A stretch of DNA of 63,037 bases, the filler included, from Olpidium bornovanus S191 (Eukaryota; Fungi; Olpidiomycota): NCBI GenBank assembly GCA_017911155.1. It is 27 parts of 27 records of this genome, joined end to end, with 100 filler letters (N's around TTAATTAATTAA, not from the genome) between each part and the next. Parts side by side here need not be neighbours in the genome. Positions count along the whole stretch, not along the records: positions 44,485 to 49,217 come from JAEFCI010000456.1; positions 49,318 to 52,577 come from JAEFCI010012008.1; positions 52,678 to 54,298 come from JAEFCI010013413.1; positions 54,399 to 57,727 come from JAEFCI010003467.1; positions 57,828 to 61,877 come from JAEFCI010002036.1; 22 more parts are not named here. The stretch is one strand, 5' to 3'. Within the stretch, counting starts at the first letter, position 1. Each line of letters opens with the position of its first letter. The position numbers and the translations under genes were made by a program. Of the stretch, positions 48,301 through 59,693 are shown in pieces. Under the pieces are notes generated by a model. It saw only the letters and a program-made list of their open reading frames with translations, was not told the origin of the DNA and searched no databases.

Positions 48301-48794
48301 TCTCGCACGCGCCGCAGCAGCAGCTGCCGCCGCCACCCATGCAGACCCAACTGACAACTAGCGCCGTGTACCCCGGAATGACGTCAACCGCGGGTGCCGC
48401 TGCCGCCGCTTCGGGCTACGCGCTTCTCCCCGCCCTTCCGCCAACGTCGGGTGCGTCAGGTTGCGTAGCCTATCCGCCGCCCACCGTGGTCTCTTCCTCG
48501 TCCTCCGCGCCTACCGCCGCGTCCGCAGCCGCCGGCTACCAGCTGTACCCGGCCACGACGTCGTCGTACTACCCGTACGCCACGTCCGTGAGCCCGGCCG
48601 CGGTCCCGGGGGCGTCGCTGATGTGGCCCCCACAGCAGGGGTCGGCCGGCGGCGGGATTTTCCCGCCGCCGGTTATGCCGCAACCGCCATACCCCATGGT
48701 CGCGGCGCCGCCGATCCAGTTTGCGACTCCGCCTCCCGGCTTTGCTCTGATGGTCCAGTTTGTGCTCGTCCCAGTCGGAGGCAACGGGCAGTAA
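45334..48794 (+). CDS. Large intrinsically disordered protein with Q/H/N-rich, RGG and P/A/Y-rich segments
   Basis: Consecutive exon-like ORFs 45334-45906, 46385-47671 and 48144-48794 separated by GT-AG-bounded segments. No folded domain recognised; boundaries uncertain. Confidence 0.55.
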
Positions 48795-48795
48795 G

Positions 48796-48975
48796 TGTCC
48801 CTCTCTTCCGTTCTCTCTCTCTCTCTCTCTCTCTCGCTCCCTCTCTCGCTCTCTACCTCTCCCCCCCTTTTTTACTCTCTCTCTCTCTTTCTCTCTCTCT
48901 TTTTTTCTCTCCCTCTTTCTCTCTCTCTTTTTCTCTCCCTCTTTCTCTCTCTCTTTCTCTTTCTCTCTCTTTTTT
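48796..48975. repeat. (CT)n-rich microsatellite
   Basis: Continuous CT/TTTC tract directly after the stop codon at 48794. Confidence 0.9.
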
Positions 48976-50386
48976 TCTATAAAAAGTGTCATTCGCTTTT
49001 TGTTTTCGGTTTGACGAGGCCGGTCTTCTTGTTTTGGGTGTGAGCGCGCGCGTGCAAAGCTCATCACTATACCTTGTTTTATTCATTGTCGGCAGGCATG
49101 CGTACGACGGGGCGGATTGAGACCGGGTTCACAAAGAGCACGTCTAAAGCTCCGGTGAGTTAACGCGGGGTAGTTTTCCTGGCGCCCCCTCCTTTACAGC
49201 TCTTACCGCCTATCCTCNNNNNNNNNNNNNNNNNNNNNNNNNNNNNNNNNNNNNNNNNNNNTTAATTAATTAANNNNNNNNNNNNNNNNNNNNNNNNNNN
49301 NNNNNNNNNNNNNNNNNCATGCAAATCCATAGAAGACATATTAGATCCAAAATCCAGAGCCAGAATTCGTGAACACGAATCTCCAAATCGCGCTGGGCGC
49401 AGATCACGTACTCCACATTTGTCGCACCCTGGCGCAACACGGCGGAAACGCTCTGCTCCAACAGAAACTGTCACACAGTCGTCTCTCGCCGCTTGGTTCG
49501 TTCGCCTTTCTTCGTTCTTGCCCTTGTTTAATAGCGCGAGCCTTGTTCAAAGTCACGGACACCCATTCCCTTCTGCCCCTCCCCCCCCTTCCACCCGAAA
49601 AGAAAAAAAAAAAATCTCCACCGGGGTTCAAAGTCCTTTGGGGCCACCGTTTGCGGCGGGCACACAAGCGCGGCGGCGCAGGACAAATTTTCTTTTTTGT
49701 TTTTTTTTTTTTTTTTTTTGTTTTCCTTCTTTTTTTTTCTTTTTTTTCTTTTTTGTTTGGAGTGGCCCGAAAGAAAAGAGGAAATAAAAAGGCGGGGGCG
49801 TGGGGGGGCCGCGGGACGAGTTTTTTTTCCGCATAATATACAACGGACGGCGACAGCGAAACTTTTCCAAAGGGGAAAAAACATAAACGAAAATAAAATA
49901 AAATAAAAACAACAACAACAACAACCGCCGGGTGCCTGGAGGTGGTGTTGGGGGGGGGAGAAGAGAGGGGCCGAAAGAAGGGGCCTGAATTACAGAAGAA
50001 CGGGGAAAGGAAGTGCACGGCGGGGCGAGAAAAAGAAAAAGGGAGAGAGAGAGAGAGAAAGAGAGAGAGAGTGAGAGAGGGAGGGAGAGGAGAGATAGCT
50101 GCCGAAGGCAAATTAAAAATGAAAGAAAAAGGAGCGGCGGACAAAAAAAAAAAAAAACTTCGAGGGAGGTGCGGGGGCGAGGGGGAACGGGGGTGGGGGG
50201 TCGCGCGCGCGGGGAGAAGATGAAAAGGTGTGGGGAGGAGGGGGAAACCCGGCGGGCCACAATTTCCCCTGCCTCCCCTCCCTTCCCCCCCCCCGCCCAT
50301 TTTACGCGGCCAGGACCGGCGGCGGGGCTTTCGCGGAAGCTTCGGCTCCCCCTCCCCCACCCACCCCCCCACCCACGCCCTTTTTA

Positions 50387-52365
50387 TTACGCGGCTAGGA
50401 CCGGCGGAGTGGTTTTCGCGGAAGCGTCGGCTGCGGTCGTCGCCGTCTGCTGCTGCTGCTGCTGGGACGGCGCGGCGGCCTGGTGCTGCTCTTCGATGCG
50501 TTTCTGGATCGACTCGTAGTTCGCCTCGTTGCGCTGGCGCGCGCGCGTGATTAGAAAAAAAAAATAAAGATTAACGAAAGCGGGGGAGTGGGAGAGGGAG
50601 ATGTCACAAAAGCGGAAAGTGCGGCCCACGGGATTGTTTTCTTCTTCTTCTTTTATATTTTACCTTTATGATGTTCACGACAGGTCCGAGCAGCCTCACA
50701 AACGCCTTCTTCCCGAGGGTCGCAACTTTTAGCCGGCCTTTGGCGGTGACGGTGGCTACGCGGGGCTTGTCGTGGAGGAGGGCGAGCTCTGGGGCGATTT
50801 TCCAGAGGGAGGGAGAAAGAGGGGGGGAAAGGGGGAGATGGGGCGCGGGGCCGGCGCGCGTGAGTGGTTTTCCGCACGATACGGCGGGGGCGGAGGTTTT
50901 TCGGTCGGCAGGAAAAAAAAAAACCCCCCCGCACTTTTTTCCCTCCCTCCTTTCCCCCTTTCCTTCTTCCCCCCTTCCCTTCCCTCTCCTCCCCTCCCCC
51001 CTCCCCCCACTCCCCCTCCCGCCACCCACACCCCCCCTCCACCCCTTCCGTCCTCCGGCGCTGCGCACCTCCGAAATAACCGCCCTTGCTGAGACCCTTG
51101 AGCTCGTAGACGGCGCCGGTCTCGTCGGTGACGGTGACCCTGGCGTCGCCCTGCTCGATGAAGTAGAAGTTCTCGCCGATGTCGCCCTGGCGGATGACGA
51201 TCTCGCCGTCCTCGTAGGTCACGGTCTCGAGGGCGTCGGCGATTTTGTGGCGCTCGTAGGGCTCGAGGGAGCACAGCAGGGGGACCTCTTCCAGCAGGGA
51301 CTCGTAGTACCTCCTCTTGCGGAACGTCGTGTCCATGAGGATCCTGCGGAAGGTGAGTCGGTCGAGGGCCCAGAGGACGCAGTCGGAAGTGGTGATGATG
51401 GTGGCGGCGCGCGGAGCGTTGTACATGAGGGCGAGCTCACCGAAGGAGGACTGGGGCCCGTATGAGTGGACCTTGACGCGCTCGTTCTTGGGCGGGCGGC
51501 TGACGTACACGTCGAGGGTGCCGGACTCGGTGACGTAGAAGTAGTCGCCGACGGCGCCCTGCTTGATCACGGTGTCGCGCGCGGCGACCTTCTTCTCGCG
51601 CATGGCGTCGATCACCTCGCGGTATTGTTCCTCGTCTAGGTTCCGGAAGAGGAAGTTGTTGCGGATCGCCGCCTCGATGCGCGCGGCCTGCTCCGGGGTC
51701 TTGGGAACAACGACCTTCTCCCCGGGCGCCTCCGCCGCGCCCGCCGTCGGGTCCATGGACTCGGCGCTCACCGACGTGCGGCGGCCCCGGTTGACCACGC
51801 ACGCCGGCGGCTGCGCCCGGGCGTCGCTGTCCTCCTCCTCCTCCTCCTCCTCGTCCTCCTCCTCGTCCTCCTCGAATTCGTCGTCGCCGCCGTCGGACAG
51901 GAAGCCGCCGCCGCCGCCGCCGCCGCCGCCTTCCCCGCCCGCCTCCGCCTTGCCTTCCAGGCTGCTCGACTTGCCGGCGAGCACGCGCTCGACCTTCAGT
52001 GCGTTTTCGGGGCCCGCTTTCGCAGCTGGGAGCGGCAGCCCCGAAGCCCCGAACCGTTTTTTTTTTTTTTTTGCGGCAATCGATAGATAGATCAGAGGCA
52101 TTCCTCGACTCCCTCCCCTCTCTCCCCTGTCTCCCCCGCCCCCCCACCCCCTTTTTCCGTTCCGGCCGAACACTTTACCCAGCGCCAGCAGCTCTAGCCT
52201 CTGGGCGGCGAGTTTCTTGGCAAAGTGCGCGGCGCAGAACTGGTAGAGGTCCTCGGGCCGCTCCCTGGCGGCCTCGTCGGCCAGCTCCTTGACGACGGCG
52301 GCCAGACCGGGGGGCATATTGCGGACGTCCAGCACGCCGGCGGCGCCGGCGGTGCTCCCCGTCAT
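50387..52365 (-). CDS. BCY1: cAMP-dependent protein kinase regulatory subunit (type II-like), apparently complete
   Basis: D/D domain [28 protein letters not shown]; inhibitor site RRTSVSAES; c[20 protein letters not shown]; cNMP-B GYFG / [14 protein letters not shown]; last exon ends TTPPVLAA*. Confidence 0.95.
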
Positions 52366-52389
52366 GGGTCGAGCCGGGCGAGAGGTCCG

Positions 52390-52430
<41 letters not shown>

Positions 52431-53153
52431 CCCCCCCCCCCCCTTTTTTTTTCCCCTTTTTTTTTTTTTTTTTTTTCTTTCTCGCTCCGTCGCTCCCCTT
52501 CCCCACACCAACACCCCCATCCGCCCACACCCCGCACGCCCCCCCCGCCCACACCGCCCTTTCCCGTTCCCGTTCCCNNNNNNNNNNNNNNNNNNNNNNN
52601 NNNNNNNNNNNNNNNNNNNNNTTAATTAATTAANNNNNNNNNNNNNNNNNNNNNNNNNNNNNNNNNNNNNNNNNNNNCATGTGTCCAATGTGTTCATCCT
52701 TGCCCAGTTCGCAGGCCACTGCCTCAGATATATTAAGTACGGAATGGAATTCCGCCCGACAAGTTCACGATTTTCAATAGATTAAAAATGAGGCCAAGGG
52801 AGTTTGTTAACGTGCACGAAAGACGACCGAGAGCCATTGAAAAATTTAGCGGACGCGGCTACGTCGCCTGGGTCACCTAGACGTTTCGCTGATGCCTACA
52901 GCAGGTTCCCGGCCTCCAAAGAAAGGTGGAGGAGGGTGCTGCGGAAGCAAGCGCGCTGGTCACGTGGCTCCTCCGTTTCCTCATCTTTTCCTCGCATCCC
53001 GCTCTTCTCATATCGAGAGAGAGTGAATAAAACGCGCCGAATTCAAAAAACAAAAACCCCCCCTTCCCTTTGAACGAGGTGCTCTCACGCCCACACTTCC
53101 CCGCCCCGCCCGCGCACACTCGCGGAACCGCGACACGCGCCGGCTCAAAAGCG

Positions 53154-54298
53154 ATGCGTTTCGCTGCACCCCGCCCCGCGGAGGAGCAATTCCGCCGCTC
53201 GGGTCGCAGCGAAGACGGCGGCAAGGCGGGCGGAGAGCCCTCGCGGAAGTCGCGAACCGCCGCCTCGGCGGCGAAGCCCGCGCCGGGGGCCACGGCGCCG
53301 GGTCCTAGGGGGCGCAGTGGGTGCGCGGACGGCCAGGGGAGAGCGCGCGACTGTGGCTACGAACATGTTGGCTACTCGGGCGACAGTAGCCGTCGCCCCC
53401 GCGGCGGCACGGCGGTTCGCGCGCGCAACCTTGCCGCCCCCGCGCCGGGCAGTACCGTCGCCGACGCGCCACCCCGCGACGTCGACGGGGACCACCAGCT
53501 GGCGCGCCTGCTCCAGATGGAAGAGGACGAGCTCGCTGCTGCGGTGCTCGCAACGAGATACATGGAGACGTTAGATGCGGGCCTCGGCACCGCAATCCAA
53601 AAAGAAAGGGACAATTCGGAGGCTGGAGCGTCGGCTGAGCCGGACGACCGAGTCGGCGGAGGGTTTCCGACGACAACTGATCGGTGGCGCTGGGGACGAA
53701 GTGAGGACCTGGACCGCGGGCGGAGCGGGCCTGCCGTCAGCCGCGCAGACCGCGGCGAACACGACGAGTGGTTTGCCGGCCTGACAACTGAGAATTTACA
53801 AAACCGGTATGGGCGGCAGTCGACAGCCGACAGGCGGCCACATCAAGGCGATACGGATCCTCCATCGGATTCGGATAACGGCTGGGGTCTGTCGAAACTG
53901 TTCCGAAGAATCTCATGGCAGCCGCTGTCATGGGGAAACCGGGAAAGAAACTCCGTGGAGACCGCGAGCGAAGCCGTGAGCCCTCTTGACTGGACTACTG
54001 CGGAGTTGTATGGAGTCGGTCGTGACATCGAGCTGGACGGTTATCGAAGGCCTGAGCCGCTTCCACAGACCTGGGAAGCGGATATTGCGAACGAGGTAGA
54101 TTTGCTGGGGTTTGACGAAAACATGAACTACGAGGCACGTACGGAAACCTTCTCTGTTTGCATCTAAAACGCGGTGTGCATGAGTATAATTCCACCCTTC
54201 TTACTTGGGACGTTCCGCGTGGCCAGGAACTGACTGCATTGGCGGACCGTATTGGGCCCGCGGCGGAAGCGGGCGCCACGGAATTCGAATTGGACACC
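53154..54298 (+). CDS. Probable RING-H2 E3 ligase, N-terminal part (RING domain beyond the contig end)
   Basis: UIM-like DHQLARLLQMEE; the spliced DENMNYE-ELTALADRIG matches the MsYEeLlaL.erIG motif that precedes RING-H2 domains. Confidence 0.6.
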
Positions 54299-54398
54299 NN
54301 NNNNNNNNNNNNNNNNNNNNNNNNNNNNNNNNNNNNNNNNNNTTAATTAATTAANNNNNNNNNNNNNNNNNNNNNNNNNNNNNNNNNNNNNNNNNNNN

Positions 54399-55424
54399 CA
54401 TGCTCATCCTTCGAATTTCCAGTCCCACCAAGTGGAGCCACGGCGAAAAGTACCGTGTTTTTTCGCAGAGGTACGCGATGTAATATCCCAAGATCGACAT
54501 GTGCCACGTAGCGTTCACCCACGGGTACACTCGCCGGAATGCGCGTATTGCTATGCGTTTGAACTCTTCTGCGCGTGACTGGTTTCCAGCGTTCGACAAA
54601 CATCAGAGCGCGGAAAAGCTAGTTACAATGTCGGCATGGGACAAATAGAACTGTTTAAGGATTTTTTTTGGTAGTTACGTACCAGTGGCCGGCTTGCAAA
54701 TCCAGGCGCGTTCGGCTCGTCGTCGGCGTCCTCAAATTCGTCACCGAGAAGCAGCGTGCGCGTACGGCCAGACACAGTCTCGTAAAAGTCGTCCAATTTG
54801 GCTTTGCCATACGGAAAACCGACCTTTCGAGACGCGACAAATCAACAAGGTGGTAAGAACTCACGAGTACGTCTTACGCGCACGATACGTTTGACCGTGC
54901 GGCGATGCGCGCTGCTTCCAGGCGCGCGAGCGGCCCCATACCAACAAGAGAAGACTCAGGCGGACTTCCGCTGGACTCAGCCCGGCATTTTTCGAATTCT
55001 TCGATAGGTCCGCGGGGAAGCCCTCCCGCCGCAGCGGCCGACCCGTTTTCGCCCTCTTGAGACTGTAGAAATTCTCGGCAAACGAGCCGCCCGTCTGGCG
55101 GAGGTAGTGGTGTTCCACAGCGCACATGGCGAGGGAGTAGAGCTCGTCGAACCAGTTCACCGCGCGGAGGAGGTAGCGAGGGTAATGTTGGGCGTACACC
55201 TGGGAAGAAAAAGCAGCCGACTCTGCGTTATAGGCGACACGGGAATCTGGGGTGGCCAGTAGGGGAGAGTGGGGTGAGGGCCGTGTAGCCCAGAAGGGGC
55301 GTACCGTGAGAACGTACTTGAGCGCCGGGCGGAGCATCGCTTTCATCTTCTCCTCCGCGACCACCTCGAACAGCGAGGGTCGGTACGCGTTGGCGCTGCG
55401 TCCGATGTCAGACATATACTCCAT
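54399..55424 (-). CDS. PEX12: Peroxin 12, 5' part
   Basis: RPSLFEVVAEEKMKAMLRPALKYVL; VYAQHYPRYLLRAVNWFDELY..EHHYLRQTGGSFAENFYSLKR; YYIAYLCEKTRYFSPWLHLVG. Confidence 0.93.
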
Positions 55425-56400
55425 TGCGTAAAACGGTACGACGAGCAGCGGTCCAGAATACTCTAGAGGACAGGACGACACGCGGCGCGCCGGGACACTC
55501 GCCGGCGCCGCGACAGTGGGCTGGTGGAGAGGTCCTGTGCAGGCTGGCGCGGGTTGGTGGTGGGGCGCGAGGCGGGAAGCGGACACGAACGGGATTCTTT
55601 TCGAAGCGGACAACCGCAGGCGTCGGCGGGTGGAGGCGTAAAAAGCATAGTTTTAAATAATCCATCCAATAATAATAATGACATTGCACATGCTAATACC
55701 GGTGGGAGCAAGCACAAGCTGGTCACGTGAGCGACGCAATCCCCGGGTCTTTTGCGTTGAACATCTTGACAAGCTGCCTGCCGAGACGGATTGCCTGAGT
55801 TGACGCGCAAACATCCCGGTTCTCTCCCGCGCATCAGCGAACACCATGAATGTCAAGCAGGCAGCACATCAGGAGAGCACAACAAATTTTTTTTTTTTAA
55901 AACACAGCATTGGCAGTCGGACTGGTGCGTGTTTCGAAAGATTCCGATCAAGCTGCGGCTCACAACTTCTTACATTACTGAAGCCAACGGACGGATCAGG
56001 AGAGGACATCAAATTCTTGTCAATGCACTGGTCAAATCAGCCCAAGGGAAGCCGGGAAGCTGACCGACACTGTTTCCTTTGGCGTTGTGGACAGACAGGA
56101 CGACTGTCAGCTGAAGTACGGGGTTCGCACCGGCGCAACCGCTTTATGGGGAGCGCCAGTGACTGTCAGTGGAGGATGAGGCTGACGTGGATTTACGGCC
56201 GCGGCCGCGGTCGCTGCTTTTGCTGTGGCTCCTGTTGCGGCTCTCGAGGTCACTTCTGTCACGGCCGCTGCTGTCGCGGTTGATGCTGCCGCCGTCGCTG
56301 CTGCCGCAGTCGCCGCTGGAGCGGTTGGAACGGTCGCGGCTGGACCGGCCGCGGCTGGCGTGATCGCGGCCGGGGCAGTCGAGCTTGGCGTTGGGTAGCG

Positions 56401-56473
56401 GTTGGCGCGGTCGCTGATGTCGAGGTATCGGTTGTCGCGGTCGCTGATGTCGAGGTATCGGCTGTCGCGGTCG
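56401..56473. repeat. 30-bp tandem repeat (about 2.4 copies) in a GC-rich low-complexity region
   Basis: GTTGTCGCGGTCGCTGATGTCGAGGTATCG at 56401, 56431 and partially at 56461. Confidence 0.9.
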
Positions 56474-56668
56474 AGCCTGTTTGAGGACACCGCAAGTTCT
56501 GGTCACAGCTGTCGCCGGCCACGGCTGTCGCTGTTTGCCGCCGCCGCCGCCGCCGTAATTTCTGTTTTGCTTCTACCGCGTTTCCCGCTGTCCCTGCTAT
56601 TGCGGCCGGCTGCCGTCGCAGTTGGTCTCGCTGCTCGGTGAGCTTGTGCTGCGCGGATTCTCGCGGCT

Positions 56669-56699
<31 letters not shown>

Positions 56700-57827
56700 G
56701 GGTTCCAATTTTCCCCGCGCCTCTCGTTTCCTTTCCAATATTCCTGATCTTGATCGCCCTGAAGTACGCGCGGACGACAATGAATGAACACACGCTAGCG
56801 CATGTCGTCGACGTCGGTGCCCTGACATGGTCGACATGGGGGGACCCGCGGTCCCGAATAAGGGTTGGTTCTTGAACCAAATTCCGGCGGCAAAGACGGG
56901 CGGTTTCTGTGTCGCTTGGGGGGATCGTCGGGGGTTGTTTTCGATTGGCTCAGCTTCCGCGGGTGATATCGGCGGGGGACAGGCAGCAGGTTGTGCCTTG
57001 GGCAGAATGTTCTTGGCGTCTCGGGTCGCCCCGGCAACAGCCGTTGATTCTTCCCAGTGACTTTGTTTCCCCCCTTCCAGGACAGAACATTTCGAGGCGT
57101 AGCGCCCCCACCCGGCTTGTAACTATAAAAGTGAGGATTCGTTCAATGGTGTCAACTGTTTGACGGAATACGTAGTGTATATTTTTTTTGTGAGTCACGT
57201 TTTGCGTTTTTTTGGGACAGAAAAGTCCAGTGTCGGGCTCACGACCTGTTGGATTCGGAATTTTCGGGTTCGGGAGGACCTCCGGAGAACTGCTGTGTTT
57301 CATTCTAGTTTCTGCCCTCTTCGACAGAGGGGGCATTTCAGGGGGTGGAAACCCGGCGGGCGCAAGGTGTGTGCTCCTCCCCGGTGTGTGCTCCTCCCCG
57401 ATCTACTCCCCGCGAACCCTCTTTTGTTTCAGGCTACGTTTTCAACCGGGGGTCGAGGGTGGGGGGGGGCGGGGGGAAGGGGCGAATGAGGGGGGGGGGG
57501 GCCTCGACGTCGTCGCCCCGCCGCTCAAAACTGGAGGATCTTTACACCCGCACGCACTTCCCCCCCAGACGCCGCACAACCTACCGTGGGCGGTGAACAC
57601 CCCCCTCGCGAGAGATGGTGCCAAACGACAGAACGACACAAGTCATCAACCCGAATTTTCCCTACAGGCGCCGTAGCCCGGGACTCCCAACAACGGCCTT
57701 CCTTACGAACCCCCCCCCCCCCCCCCCNNNNNNNNNNNNNNNNNNNNNNNNNNNNNNNNNNNNNNNNNNNNTTAATTAATTAANNNNNNNNNNNNNNNNN
57801 NNNNNNNNNNNNNNNNNNNNNNNNNNN

Positions 57828-58250
57828 ACGCACTTGTTTTCCATTGGCGTGGCATAAGGATTGGCATCGCTCATAGTGAAATGCCTTAGTATGTCATTGA
57901 CATACTTTGTTTGACATAGCAAAAGTGATTTTGAAACTCGTTGCATGTTACCTGCGTCCCTAGTATGAACGCCACTGGTCCCACATCTGACATGCAAAAC
58001 TTTGTCAAGAACGCATCTCGTTTAGCATCGATTGCCTCCCGCCTTCCAATGAGCTACAGATCATTTAACGAGTGTATCATTTATATGTGTAATGGATTTG
58101 AACTTAACATATACACAGACAATCAGATCCTTCTTTTTGAATACTGCGGCATCTGTTCTGAGTTGTGTGAAGCCTCTCTCCTTCATGTGGCTTGTGACTG
58201 TCAGCGAGCAAAGACGATCAACTGCGCCCTGGCCTCCAGGAGTGACGGGA
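57828..58250 (-). mobile_element. Degenerate Ty1/copia RT C-terminal half
   Basis: MKERGFTQLRTDAAVF..LIVCVYV; LLLCQTKYVNDILRHFTMSDANPYATPME. Confidence 0.75.
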
Positions 58251-59693
58251 TCCACGCTTGCACCAGGGACTGGCGTGGGCGCGAGCGGCAAAGCATTTGA
58301 TGACTGCTCCCGGGCTTTCGGAACAGTCCTTCTTATCCGTGGTCGTTAGCTTTGGTGCCTCATCATCTGAGCACATCAGGCGGGACATGCGGGAGAGCTC
58401 TCGCATGACTTCTTTGGCACTATCTCAGTCCGTGGTCAATTCGTCTCCGTCTTGTAGTGCGTTTGCAGCGTCCTAGCGTAAATAGACCGGGAGCGCGCGT
58501 AAAAAAACCACTTACTTTTTTCAAAGTGAACTCGGTCGTGTTGATCAAGCTGCTCGTACCGCATATAAAATCGGCGCAGAATATTGTCAGCGTCGTCTCG
58601 GTTTTGGCAAAAATGACCCAGTCCAGAAACGTTGTGCCGTCATCCGCGTAATATCATGCCGGCGCACGCCTTCCGCAACCCTTCCTTGGCGATTTCCATC
58701 TCGAGATTGGCAAAATTCTGCTATCGGAATTAACACAGGCAAACCCCTTGGTGGCTTTTCGTAATTTGGATGGGCAGCGGACAGGAGCGATCGTTATAGC
58801 CTCGGCATCGGTGATGCTCAGCGGGCAAAGCGCGACGTCAACCCTGCGCGCGCACTGACTGACGTCCTTGCCCTCAAATGATCGTTCCCTAGTTACGAGG
58901 GCTTTGTCGGCTTCGTACTTCCGCACCTCCCAGCTGTTCCACGAGAGTAGCACCGTCGGACCGGCCCCGTCCGAGGCACTGGACTCTGGGATGACTGTCT
59001 AACCGTGTCAGCACCGCGCCGGAAAGCGCCATCGCTTGCCGGCCCAGTGTCCACTCCTTCTCAGTCGTGTCCGAGAGGAAGTCGGAAGACCTGAGTTCGG
59101 CTATGCCGCCAGCCGTGAAGTTGACAGCGAAGGCACAGCCGTTGGCAACGAGGGTGAGATGGGCGTGGAGTGCAAAAAAAGTTAATGACTGCCGTCAATG
59201 GGCAGTGGAGCGAAAGAGAAGGACTCCAGCGGCGCTCGACGGAGTTGACGTTCTAGAGCGCATCTCCGGAGGGAGACAGGAGCAAGGGTAGTAGAGCTGG
59301 GCGGCGTGCGGCGGCGATGGCCGAGAACGGCGGCGGGGGATGCGCGGAAGGTCGACGCGGCAGCTGCTGGCCGGGAGGTGACGGCGAGGTGCGCGAAAAG
59401 CGCGCGACGGAGCCGAAGAGAAGACGGCGGACGACCGGGCGGCGCGTGTCGATTTCTGAGGGGGAGGGGGGAAGACGTGGGCCGCTCGGGGACGCGGTGC
59501 TGATAACGTGTTGCAAAGCTTTTTTTTTTTCTTTTCCTTTTTGGTTGTTCGGGAGCGGGATTGCCTTTTTTTTTCAATCCCATCTCAAGTTGATTTGTTC
59601 TGTGGCATTCGCGCCAACTGCGACCGGGGAGGTGACTTCGCGGTGCGCAGCAGAGACCGCAGAAGCGCGGCGGGCTCGGCCGCGGTGCGCGGG

